Part shown: piece by piece, positions 48,456 through 58,271 of the stretch
Layout: each line of letters opens with the position of its first letter
Position numbering within the stretch: position 1 is the stretch's first letter
From: an uncultured Verrucomicrobiae bacterium
GTDB taxonomy: Bacteria; Verrucomicrobiota; Verrucomicrobiia; Chthoniobacterales; Terrimicrobiaceae
Assembly (NCBI GenBank): GCA_963706955.1
Contig: CAVPOC010000006.1
Location: 64,001 to 128,000, forward strand
Direction of reading: 5' to 3'
DNA length: 64,000 nt
Notes under the pieces: generated by a model
Told to the model about the DNA's origin: nothing
The model's input: the letters and a program-made list of their open reading frames with translations, nothing else
Databases searched by the model: none
Made by a program: the position numbers and the translations under genes

Positions 48456-49673
48456 TCAGGACCCGGCGTTATTCGGCTTCGGCGATCTCCCAATCGAGGC
48501 GGCAGCATAGACATCCTTGACGCTTACGCCAGCGCTATTGGCGACTTCAAGGCATGACGAATATTCAGGAACCGTCTGGACAAGTTCGTCGCCGAGAAAA
48601 CCAAGCTTGACGCGGACCGTCCCGTAGGGCGTCTCGCGTTGATGGAATTCGCGCCTGAGCTTCACGCGTTGAGCACGATGCATGCGCACGCCGAAAGCCG
48701 TCGTTTCGGTGAGAAGGATCTGGGCGATTTCGGAGCTCTTCTCGTTCGGGCAAAGCACCGTGACGACAAACCCAGGTCGATTCTTCTTCATTTGCGCTGG
48801 TGTGAAAAAGACATCCAGCGCCCCGGCTGCAAAGAGTCGCTCCATAGCCGCACCTGCCAGTTCCGGGCTGAAGTCGTCTAGGTTCGTCTCGATTTGGGTG
48901 ATTTCGTCGTTTTCGGTGGCAACTATGTCCTGGCACTCGCCCAGGATGGCGCGAAGGACGTTTGGTCGTTTCGCGACGTCCCGAGTGCCTAGCCCGTAGC
49001 CAATCTTGTCGATCTTCATTTGGGCCATCGGACCGAAAGAGGAGCAGAACTCCGCCAGCAATGCTGCTCCGGTCGGGGTAATCAACTCGTCAGGCTCGTC
49101 AATTTGACCGATCGGTACACCCAAGAGAATTTCGAGAGTCGCAGGAGCCGGCACCGGAAGCTTGCCGTGAGCGCAACTCAAGGTGCCGGAGCCATCGACC
49201 AAAGCAGAGGCAAGGAGCGATTCAATTCCAAGCGCTTCGATGCCGGCGCAGGCGGCGACGATGTCCGCGATAGAATCCAAGGCGCCGACTTCGTGAAAAG
49301 TCACATTCTCGGCGGGAACGCCGTGGATCTTCCCTTCCGCAATCGCCATCCGTTGGAAAACGGCAACGCTCTTTGTTTTGACGAAACGGCTGAGATCGCT
49401 GTCTTCGATGAGGCTGCGAATTTCCGAGAAGCTCCGTCCGTGCTCATGTGCGTGCTGGACCTGACCGGAATGGTCGTGAGTGTGCACGTCGAATTTCCAA
49501 CCGGCGACACCTTGGCGGATACCTCGAGAAAAATGAAGGTGGACGCCTTCCGACAGGCCAAGGGCCGTGATCGCACTCTGGAAAGTGCTTTCCTCCACTC
49601 CGAGATCCCGCAGTGCGCCGACCATCATGTCGCCGCTGATGCCCGAAAAGCAGTCTAGGTAGAGAGTGCGCAT
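48456..49673 (-). CDS. larC: nickel-pincer cofactor biosynthesis protein LarC (nickel chelatase)
   Basis: YLDCFSGISGDM, His-rich HTHDH..HAHEH, AEGKIHG, FHEVGA.DSIADIV, HG.LPVPAPAT, TPTGAA, ETNLDD, MKKNRPG, PEY. Confidence 0.93.
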   Translation of the reverse strand: MRTLYLDCFSGISGDMMVGALRDLGVEESTFQSAITALGLSEGVHLHFSRGIRQGVAGWKFDVHTHDHSGQVQHAHEHGRSFSEIRSLIEDSDLSRFVKTKSVAVFQRMAIAEGKIHGVPAENVTFHEVGALDSIADIVAACAGIEALGIESLLASALVDGSGTLSCAHGKLPVPAPATLEILLGVPIGQIDEPDELITPTGAALLAEFCSSFGPMAQMKIDKIGYGLGTRDVAKRPNVLRAILGECQDIVATENDEITQIETNLDDFSPELAGAAMERLFAAGALDVFFTPAQMKKNRPGFVVTVLCPNEKSSEIAQILLTETTAFGVRMHRAQRVKLRREFHQRETPYGTVRVKLGFLGDELVQTVPEYSSCLEVANSAGVSVKDVYAAASIGRSPKPNNAGS

Positions 49674-49857
49674 AAGTCGCCAAGTCGAGAAGTTGCCCTG
49701 CGAGCCAACGATTGCCTGGAGCTAACGAAGCCTCGCCTTAAGCCGAAGTAAAGAAGGCAGGTCCAGGACGAAATGCCGGTTATCGAACCGCGGTTTCTGC
49801 GCTCCTCCAATCTTCACACCTTGCGGACGCCTTACTTCACGTGCCCCCAGGTGCATG

Positions 49858-50298
49858 CTAGAACCCTTGATTTCGGGCGAGCTTTTCAAGCTCGACCTGA
49901 AAGTCCATGACGTCCTGCTGACTTGGGCGATATCCGGGGGTGCTCGGATTAAGTCCCAAGCGACCGGTCTGATCGAGGTACCACTCGGCAGTCTGTCCAT
50001 CGGAGAACGTGGCGCGTCCGCTGACCATTGCGCCGGGACGAGTGATCTGGTCGATGGTCACGGCGACTTTGCCGCTGGCGGGGGCTGCAGCCTTGTCTGG
50101 TGGTGGCAGCGGTGGTGGCTCGATTGGGCGTTCGGGTTCCTTGAGCGCAAGCTTGAGGTCATCAGCGAGCAGGCGAGTCTCGAGATATGTCAAAGAAATC
50201 TGAAACTCTTCCTTAAGGCGTTTCTGTATGTCGGGGAGGCTGGCACCCTGCTCGATCCACTTGGAAATGGCAGCTCTTTGGTCTTCGGTAAGGCTCAT
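49858..50298 (-). CDS. conserved hypothetical protein
   Basis: 146-aa two-domain ORF with a Pro-rich linker (RPGAMVSG..TFSDG...WYLDQTGRLGL); co-oriented with its neighbours. Confidence 0.75.
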   Translation of the reverse strand: MSLTEDQRAAISKWIEQGASLPDIQKRLKEEFQISLTYLETRLLADDLKLALKEPERPIEPPPLPPPDKAAAPASGKVAVTIDQITRPGAMVSGRATFSDGQTAEWYLDQTGRLGLNPSTPGYRPSQQDVMDFQVELEKLARNQGF

Positions 50299-50372
50299 GA
50301 GAATTGAACGTATCGTCCCAGAGAACTCGAATTAGTCAAAGACAAGGCGGGTGATGACTCGAAAATCCGCGC

Positions 50373-50648
50373 CTAACCTCCGGCGATCGCGGGAACGATA
50401 CTGATTTCGTCACCTTCCTTAACGGCGGTATTCTTGTCGTCGAGGAAGCGAATATCCTCGTCGTTGAGGAAGATGTTAACGAAGCGGCGAATGTTGCCTT
50501 GTTCGTCACAAATGCGCTCGGCCAGGCCGGGATAGGACTTCTCAAGGCTCACGAGAATCTCGGAGATTGTGTGGCCGTCGGCAGGGACGACCTCTTCTTC
50601 TCGGGTAAGTTTGCGGAGCGGTGTAGGGATACGAACGGATGTGGACAT
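50373..50648 (-). CDS. ubiquitin-like sulfur carrier protein (MoaD/ThiS/CysO family)
   Basis: VRIPTPLR, FVNIFLNDEDIRFL, SIVPAIAGG C-terminal GG. Confidence 0.92.
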   Translation of the reverse strand: MSTSVRIPTPLRKLTREEEVVPADGHTISEILVSLEKSYPGLAERICDEQGNIRRFVNIFLNDEDIRFLDDKNTAVKEGDEISIVPAIAGG

Positions 50649-50652
50649 GACT

Positions 50653-51936
50653 TTAATTTGTGATGGTTGCTAAGGCGGGCTGAACGCGTTCAATCTCGTT
50701 GGCAACGAGCGCTTCAAATTCGCGGAGACTCGGTTTGATGAGGCGAGGTTCCCCGCAGCGGCCTTGCACGGCTTCCTGAGTCTTCAAGCCGTGCCCGGTG
50801 ATACAGAGCACGATGCTTTCGTCGCGTGGGATTCGGCCGGACTGAATCAGCTTTCTGGCGCACGCGACGGTCACACCGCCGGCAGTCTCAGCAAAGATGC
50901 CGGCTGTTTCCGCCAACAGGCGGATGCCGGAAACGACCTCGTCATCGCTGACGTCCTCTGCGTGGCCGCCCGTTTCTTTCATTGTGCGAATAGCGTAGTA
51001 ACCATCCGCAGGAGTTCCAATGGCGAGGGATTTCACGATGGTTTGGGGGTTCGGCACCGGCTTGACGATTTCGATGCCTTTCTTCATTGCCTCACTGATC
51101 GGCGAACATCCGCTTGCCTGCGCGCCGTGGATGGAGAACGGCTCTTCCTCCAGGATGCCGGTGTGAATAAATTCCTTGTAAGCCTTATGAATTTTCGTGA
51201 GCAACGATCCGCTCGCCATCGGCACCACGGTGTGGCGGGGAAGCTTCCATCCCAGTTGCTCCGCGATCTCGAAGCCCATGCTCTTTGAGCCCTCGGCATA
51301 ATAAGGGCGCAGGTTGACGTTAACGAAACCCCATCCGTACTTGCCGGCAATTTCTGAGCAAAGCCGGTTGACTTGGTCGTAGGCCCCGTGGATTCCAATC
51401 ACGTTGGTGCCATAGACGAGAGAGCCCAAGACCTTACTCTGCTCAAGATCCGCCGGGATCAGAACGTAGCTGCGCAGACCTGCGGCCGCCGCGTTGGCGG
51501 CAACTGCGTTCGCAAGATTGCCGGTGGAAGCGCAGGCCACCACGGAAAAGCCGAGTTCCCGAGCGCGACTCAGAGCCACCGAAACGACCCGGTCTTTGAA
51601 GGATAGCGTCGGGTAGTTGACGGTGTCGTTCTTGATGTAGAGCTCGGAGACACCGAGAGCCTTGGCAAGCCGGTCGCTCTTGATCAGAGGCGTAAACCCC
51701 ACCATTTCGCCCACAGTAGGAACTCCATCGATAGGCAGCAGCTCGCGATAGCGCCACATGCTCTGCGGGCGCGCTGCAAAGATCTCTCGACTGATCTTTT
51801 GGCGAATCGCCTCGTAATCGTAGGCCGCCTCTAGAGGTCCAAAGTCATACTCGCAGATATGAAGGGCCTCCTTCGGATAGAGGCGTCCGCATTCACGGCA
51901 TTTGAGGTTGGAAAAGAAAGGACGGTCTTCGTTCAT
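50653..51936 (-). CDS. threonine synthase-like PLP enzyme (fold type II)
   Basis: N-terminal CREC..C Zn ribbon, MWRYRELLP, PTLSFKDR, CASTGNLA, EGSKSMGFE, PMASGSL, TGHGLK; start at ATG 51936. Confidence 0.9.
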   Translation of the reverse strand: MNEDRPFFSNLKCRECGRLYPKEALHICEYDFGPLEAAYDYEAIRQKISREIFAARPQSMWRYRELLPIDGVPTVGEMVGFTPLIKSDRLAKALGVSELYIKNDTVNYPTLSFKDRVVSVALSRARELGFSVVACASTGNLANAVAANAAAAGLRSYVLIPADLEQSKVLGSLVYGTNVIGIHGAYDQVNRLCSEIAGKYGWGFVNVNLRPYYAEGSKSMGFEIAEQLGWKLPRHTVVPMASGSLLTKIHKAYKEFIHTGILEEEPFSIHGAQASGCSPISEAMKKGIEIVKPVPNPQTIVKSLAIGTPADGYYAIRTMKETGGHAEDVSDDEVVSGIRLLAETAGIFAETAGGVTVACARKLIQSGRIPRDESIVLCITGHGLKTQEAVQGRCGEPRLIKPSLREFEALVANEIERVQPALATITN

Positions 51937-52003
51937 GATTGGCCTCCGCTCGAGAGTGAGGGGAGGTGAGGACGGGACCAATCGCCGAGACTCGGCGGTC
52001 ACA

Positions 52004-52130
52004 TCTCATCTGCCCCCGACGCCTTCGCGTCGAAGCTGGATTTGGCACCTGGTCCCCCGTTCGCTGTTCGGCGGGCCGGGGCGGTTGCCGTGGCTTCATT
52101 GGGCCAGTCCCTCTGCCACTCTCGATAAGA
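52004..52130 (-). ncRNA. SAM-I (S-box) riboswitch
   Basis: minus strand TCTTATCGAGAGTGGCAGAGGGACTGGCCCAATGAAGCCACGGCAACC...GGTGCCAAATCCAGC...GCAGATGAGA matches the SAM-I consensus with P1 pairing. Confidence 0.95.
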
Positions 52131-52138
52131 TTGCCCAA

Positions 52139-52167
52139 AACATTGCGGGCAGACTCCGCTGCGTCAA
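52139..52167 (-). promoter_or_regulatory. candidate promoter for the SAM riboswitch leader
   Basis: minus strand TTGACG, 16-17 nt, CAATGT/AATGTT just before the aptamer. Confidence 0.45.
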
Positions 52168-52749
52168 GAGATTTTCGACTGGCGCGCGCACCACTGGTGA
52201 GCAGGCAGTCCCTCCTCCTGCCACAAAGTCGGAAGAGAAGGCCCCGAATTCGCGCCGGCTGGGAGGGGACGATGTTCAGATTTGCACCGATTCCCACAGA
52301 TAAGAAAGGCCCCGATCTAGAAGGACGCAGGGTCGAGTGTCAGAGAGAATTTATTCTCCCCTCATCGCCTATGTCGGAACACCTTGGGCAACTCTATTTG
52401 AGACGCTCCGCTAAACAGTAAGATCGTTGTCGGACTCTAGGGGGCGCCCCGAGCTATGACTGAAAGGCGAGGCGCGAGGCCGCGATTCGAGAGCCATGAT
52501 TGTGATACTTTCCGCGACGCTCTCCACCAGCTCTCAGTTGATGTTGATGGCCCCCCTAGCGGTCATGATGATCTGCATAACGCGAACAATACCCAGGCCC
52601 CCCACCCAAGCGGCGGGAAACTCCCGGAAGGGTCGATTTCGGGCTGGAGAGAGAAGCTTACCGCAATCTGTGCTTGCGCACAAAGGTAGCTAACGCAATG
52701 AGCCAGGACATGCGGTCCCTTGATCTGGTCAACAGAGCGTGGAGAGGAC

Positions 52750-53244
52750 CTATTTCGCGGCCGCCGCGACGTTAATCACGGAAGTTGCAAGGTCGGTGAG
52801 CTTTTTATCGGTATCCGCCTCTTCGGTAAATGTCGTCTGAAGTAATTGCGCCCCTTTCTTATCACCGAGCAACTCGGCGTAGGTTCGCGCACAGCCGTAA
52901 CCAGCCATCTCGTAGTGTTCGACTCGTTGAGCGGCGGAAATAAGCCCGGCATCACGCACTTCCTCATCCGCTTCTTCCTCAATCATCTCTGCGCCTTCCT
53001 TGAGCAGGCCTTCCATACCTTTGCACTTGGGGCCGCGCGTCGTCTGACTATGGCTGCCCAGAATCCTCTCCAAACGAGCCGCATGTTCTTTGGTTTGCTG
53101 GAGATGCTGCTTGAAGCCGGCGGCGAGTTTCTCGTTGCTGGCCGCTTTGGCCATTTTGGGCAAAGCCGCAATGATCTGTTTCTCCGCGCTGTAGAGATCC
53201 TTCAGCTCGTGAACGTAAAGGTCTTTGAGTGTCTTAAGTTCCAT
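52750..53244 (-). CDS. ferritin-like DUF892 (YciF-like) protein
   Basis: ELKDLYSAEKQI..ALPKM, HL..T..H..RLE, CKGMEGL..EG, AQRVEHYEMAGYG; start at ATG 53244. Confidence 0.92.
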   Translation of the reverse strand: MELKTLKDLYVHELKDLYSAEKQIIAALPKMAKAASNEKLAAGFKQHLQQTKEHAARLERILGSHSQTTRGPKCKGMEGLLKEGAEMIEEEADEEVRDAGLISAAQRVEHYEMAGYGCARTYAELLGDKKGAQLLQTTFTEEADTDKKLTDLATSVINVAAAAK

Positions 53245-53584
53245 ATTCTGTTTGGTGTCAATTGTAGTTTCGAATGACTCGGGACGAATCCAGCAGTGGA
53301 ATCGAAATTCGCCTCCCCTTTGGCCGGTCGGATCATTCAAATTTCGTCAGCCCGAGAATGGGCGAGGTGCGCCTTCCCATCGGGAGGAACCTCGAACGCA
53401 CATTGCCGAGTCCGTACCATGCCCATGGCCGAGGCACTCCCTGCAGTCCGACTTTGTGAGAAGGGGACGGGGCGGCAAGGCCTAGACGGTCGTGACTGCC
53501 TCCTAATCATCGGACTGCCTTTTAGTGATTCCCGGCTGCCTTCGCTTGCAAAAGTCGCCACGGCGGCTATGTATTTTCTCCCTC

Positions 53585-53656
53585 GCATCGCTAGCTCAAT
53601 GGTAGAGCAGGAGACTCTTAATCTCTTGGTTGTAGGTTCGAGTCCTACGCGATGCA
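53585..53656 (+). tRNA. tRNA-Lys (anticodon CTT), CCA not encoded
   Basis: acceptor GCATCGC/GCGATGC+A; D arm GCTC-AATGGTA-GAGC; anticodon arm GGAGA-CTCTTAA-TCTCT; T arm GTAGG-TTCGAGT-CCTAC. Confidence 0.96.
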
Positions 53657-53857
53657 CGATCGCAAGTCAGGGACTTACACAGAATACGCAATCTCGTGGA
53701 TTGTGAGTTTCCACGTGCTTGCCACTTTAAGTCAACCCCGTAAACAGTCTTCTCAGAGCCGACAGTTGAACATTCCCGGTAATACCCGAGAACGGCGCGG
53801 GCAGGCTGAAAGAGAGTTGTTACTCGCCGAGAAGCAGCTTCCGCTTTAGTCAATCCT

Positions 53858-53925
53858 TCTTAGCAAAATCTTAACGCGATCGACGGATGTCTTAATTATC
53901 GGGCGTGGCGCTGGGAAACTAAACT
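53858..53925 (+). promoter_or_regulatory. candidate KdpE (OmpR-family) direct-repeat site and -10 of kdpA
   Basis: TCTTA at 53858, 53869 and 53890; TAAACT (53920-53925) 6 nt before the ATG. Confidence 0.45.
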
Positions 53926-53931
53926 CGTGGC

Positions 53932-55604
53932 ATGTCTTCACGGGATTTCGTTCAGCTCGGCCTCTATCTGTTCGCGCTGGTTGTTGCGACGCCGATACTT
54001 GGCGCGTTCATGGCACAGGCGCTTCAGGGTGGGCCGACACTGCTTTCGCGGCTCTTGCGTCCAATGGAAAGAGCGATCTATCGGGGGGCCGGAGTGGATG
54101 AAACACGCGCGATGCGGTGGACGGAGTATTGTCTGGCGCTGTTAGCCTTCAACGCGGTCGGCTTCGCGTTCCTCTTTATCCTTCAGCTTATCCAAGGGTG
54201 GCTGCCGCTAAATCCGGCAAGGCTCGGCAATGTGCCGGTGTCCACTCGCGTTCAACACGGCCGTCAGCTTCATGACTAACACGAACTGGCAAGCGTATTC
54301 GGGGGAGGCGACGATGAGCTACCTTATGCAGATGCTCGGCCTCACGGTGCAGAATTTCGTGAGTGCGGCGACGGGCATCGCTGCCATGCTCGCTCTCACA
54401 CGCGCGCTCGTCGGTCGCTCCGCGAATGCGCTCGGCAATTTCTGGGCTGATCTGACACGCAGCACACTCTATGTGCTCCTGCCTCTCTCGCTCGTTTTCG
54501 CCGTCGTGCTGGTGAGCCAAGGAGTCGTGCAGACCTTCGCCAGTTACGCGCAGGCGACAACGCTGGAAGGAGCGACGCAACAAATCCCGCTCGGCCCGGC
54601 AGCCTCGCAGATTGCGATCAAGCAGCTCGGGACTAACGGCGGCGGTTTCTTCGGCGTGAATAGCGCGCACCCGTTTGAAAATCCCACGCCCCTCTCGAAC
54701 TTCCTCGAAGTGCTCGCGATCTTGCTGATTCCGGCGGCGCTGACTTACACCTATGGGACGATGGTCGGGGACCGTCGCCAGGGTTGGGTGCTCTTCGGAA
54801 CGATGATGGCGCTTTTTCTCGCGGGGTTTGCCGTCACGTGGTGGGGCGAAATCTCCGCAGGCACGCTCGAGGGAAAAGAGATGCGCTTCGGCGTCTTCAA
54901 CAGCGCGCTTTGGGCAACTGCAACGACGGACGCTTCCAATGGTTCGATTAACGCGATGCACGACAGCTTTTCGCCGCTCGGCGGCATGGTGCCGATGCTC
55001 AACATCATGCTCGGCGAGGTGATCTTCGGTGGCGTCGGCGCCGGCATGTACGGCATGCTGATGTTCGTCATCCTCACCGTCTTCATCGCGGGACTAATGG
55101 TCGGACGCACGCCGGAATACCTCGGCAAGAAGATCGAGGCGCCAGAGATTCGCTGGGCGGTAATCGCGGTGCTGTTGCCTTGCGCTTTAATTCTCGCTCG
55201 GATCGGCGGTCGCATGCGTGCTGCCCAATGCCCTGGCATCGCTCAACAACAACGGGCCACATGGATTGAGCGAGATTCTCTATGCCTTCGCATCGGCTGC
55301 GGGAAACAACGGCAGTGCCTTCGCCGGGCTTAACGCCAACACGAACTTCTATAACTACGTGCTCGGAGTCGTGATGCTGCTGGGACGCTTTGGTGTCATC
55401 ATCCCGGCGCTCGCGATCGCGGGAAGTCTGGCGCCGAAGAAGATTGCGCCGGTGACTGCGGGAACATTCCCAACCGATGGCGCCACCTTCGCTTGCTTGC
55501 TGATGGCAGTGATTCTGATCATCGGGGCGCTGACGTTCTTTCCGGCACTCAGCCTCGGCCCGATCGCTGAGCATCTGCTAATGCAGCAAGGACGGATGTT
55601 TTGA
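53932..55604 (+). pseudogene. kdpA: K+-transporting ATPase subunit A, 2 apparent +1 frameshifts (about 54238, 55197; possibly sequencing errors)
   Basis: [61 protein letters not shown] split over three frames. Confidence 0.88.
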
Positions 55605-55613
55605 CCCAACTTC

Positions 55614-57694
55614 ATGAATCCAAAAGTCTCATCATTGCTCGAGCCGACGCTCTTGCGAACAGCCATGGTCGAGAGCGTCAAGAAACTCGATCCGCGCGTT
55701 CAATGGCGAAATCCGGTGATGTTCGTAGTGCTGATCGGCGCAGTCCTCACGACTCTGACATCTGTTTCACGAATTCACGCTTTTCACATCGCAAATTACG
55801 CTCTGGCTTTGGTTCACGTTGCTCTTTGCAAACTTTGCTGAGGCAATGGCCGAAGGCCGCGGCAAGGCGCACGCGGATACGTTGCGCAAGATGCGCACGA
55901 AAACCGTTGCCCGGCGGCTGCGCAATGGCGACGAGGAAAAGGTCGTGGCGAGCGAGTTGCGACGCGGAGACTTGGTGGTTTGTGAAGCAGGCGATATTAT
56001 TCCTGCTGATGGTGACGTGATCGAAGGCATCGCCAGCGTCGATGAAGCAGCGATGACTGGCGAGTCTGCTCCGGTGATCCGCGAGAGCGGCGGGGATCGC
56101 AGTGCGGTCACTGGCGGAACGCGCGTTTTGAGCGACCGAATTGTCGTCCGCGTGACTTCCGAGCGAGGCCAGTCGTTTCTCGATCGCATGATTCTAATGA
56201 TCGAGGGGGCGGTGCGGCAGAAGACACCTAACGAGATCGCGCTCGGTATCTTGCTCGTAAGCCTGACGGTTCTATTCATCCTCACGGTCGCTACGTTGCC
56301 GCTGTTCGCGCGCTACAGCGAGAAGGCCGCCTCGCAGCCTGGCGTCGTGAACACATCGATTCCCGTGCTCGTGTCGCTATTGGTTTGTTTGATTCCTACG
56401 ACTATCGGCGCGCTCTTAAGCGCGATTGGTATCAGTGGCATCGACCGCATGATGCGGCGAAACGTGCTCGCCACAAGTGGACGCGCAGTCGAGGCGGCTG
56501 GTGACATCGACGTGCTGTTGCTGGATAAAACCGGCACAATCACACTCGGAAATCGCCAGGCGAGTGCGTTCCTCCCTGCGCCGGGCGTGAATGAAAAAGC
56601 TCTTGCCGTGGCGGCGCATCTAGCCTCACTCGCCGATGAAACACCCGAGGGTCGTTCCATCGTCGTGCTGGCAAAGGAAAAGTTCGGCCTTCGCGCGAAA
56701 GAAATCGGCGAAATGCACGCGCACCTGGTGCCCTTTACGGCGCAGACACGCATGAGCGGCGTGGACATTCCCGGTCATGACGGCCAGCCCATGAACTTGC
56801 TGCGCAAGGGCGCATTCACCGAGGTTCGAGCCTGCGGTCAGAATCCAAGGGCGGCAGCTTCCCGCAAGAGGTCGAGGTTACTGTGAACGCGATTTCGCAC
56901 GCCGGGGGCACACCGCTGGTGGTTGCCGACGCTCGGCAGGTGCTTGGGGTCATTCACCTGAAGGATATAGTCAAGGGAGGGATTCGAGGAGCGCTTCATG
57001 CAACTGAGTAAAATGGGGATCCGCACGGTGATGATCACCGGCGATAATCCGCAAGACTGCAGCGGCAATTGCGGCTGAGGCTGGCGTGGACGATTTCATG
57101 GCACAGGCGACGCCCGAGGACAAACTCACGCGCATCCGCAAAGAACAAGCGGAAGGCCGACTCGTCGCGATGGCTGGCGATGGCACCAACGATGCGCCTG
57201 CGCTCGCGCAAGCCGACGTCGGTCTGGCGATGAACACCGGAACGCAAGCCGCGCGCGAGGCCGGCAATATGGTCGACCTGGAGAGCAATCCGACGAAGCT
57301 CATCGAAATCGTCGAGATTGGGAAGCAGTTGCTGATGACGCGCGGCTCGCTGACTACCTTCTCCATCGCCAATGATGTCGCGAAATACTTCGCAATCCTT
57401 CCGGCGATGTTCGCTGCGCTCTATGCGACACAAGGTCAGCGCGGGCCGCTTGCGGCGCTTGACATCATGCGGCTCCACTCCCCTGAGAGCGCGATCCTGA
57501 GCGCCGTTATCTTCAATGCGCTCATCATTGTCGCACTCATTCCACTCGCGCTCAGAGGCGTGCGTTATCGCGCCCTCGGTGCCGCGGCCATTCTCCAACG
57601 CAACGTCTTAATTTACGGCCTGGGTGGACTCATCGCACCATTTGTCGGCATCAAGCTGATCGATCTAATACTGACCGCTCTTCGGCTCGCATAA
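55614..57694 (+). pseudogene. kdpB: K+-transporting ATPase subunit B, about 5 apparent +1 frameshifts
   Basis: [47 protein letters not shown]; frame breaks near 55785, 56836, 56849, 56987, 57054. Confidence 0.88.
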
Positions 57695-57697
57695 TCC

Positions 57698-58259
57698 ATG
57701 AAAATTGCTTTCCAATCTTTGCGAATCTTCGCGGTGCTCACGGTTCTAACGGGCGTCTCTATCCGCTCGCCGTCACGGGTATCAGTTGGATCTGTTTTCG
57801 CGATAAGGCGAACGGCAGCCTGGTCACACGGGATGGCAAGACAATCGGTTCATCGCTGCTGGCGCAAAAGTTCGAGAGCGACCGAGTACTTCTGGCCGCG
57901 ACCTTCCGCGGTTGACTTCGCGACCGTTGCCTCCGGAGCCAGCAATCTCGGACTTACGAGCGCAAAGCTGAACGAACAAGTCGCGGAGCGTGCGGCTAAG
58001 CTGCGCGAGGCACATCATCTTTCTGCCGATGCACGCCTCGCTCTCGACATGATCTACACTTCGGGGAGCGGACTCGACCCACACATTTCGCCCGAAGCCG
58101 CGCGCTCGCAGGTGGCCCGCGTAGCGAAAGCAAGAAATCTTGATGAAAACCGAGTGACCGAGTTGCTAGATCGTTCGACCGAAGGTCCGCAGCTCACCGT
58201 CCTGGGTGAACCCCGCGTGAACGTGCTGAAGCTGAACCTCGATGCTGGATGCCATGTGA
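57698..58259 (+). pseudogene. kdpC: K+-transporting ATPase subunit C, 3 apparent indels
   Basis: YPLAVT, ANGSLV, YFWPRPSA, SGASNL, TSGSGLDPHIS, GEPRVNVLKLN; -1 near 57757, +1 near 57885 and 58241; reconstructed stop TGA 58257-58259. Confidence 0.85.
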
Positions 58260-58271
58260 TAAGTTCCTGTC

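Noticed and set aside
49741..49860. SRP (4.5S) or 6S RNA
   Set aside because: Lacks the SRP GGAA tetraloop/AGCAG motif and is too short for a 6S central-bubble fold.
52456..52693. Two overlapping short plus-strand ORFs
   Set aside because: No recognisable features; cannot tell whether either is real.
52720..52732. Third FNR-like box TTGAT-CTG-GTCAA
   Set aside because: Spacer is 3 nt instead of 4 and it lies downstream of a gene end, not in a promoter position.
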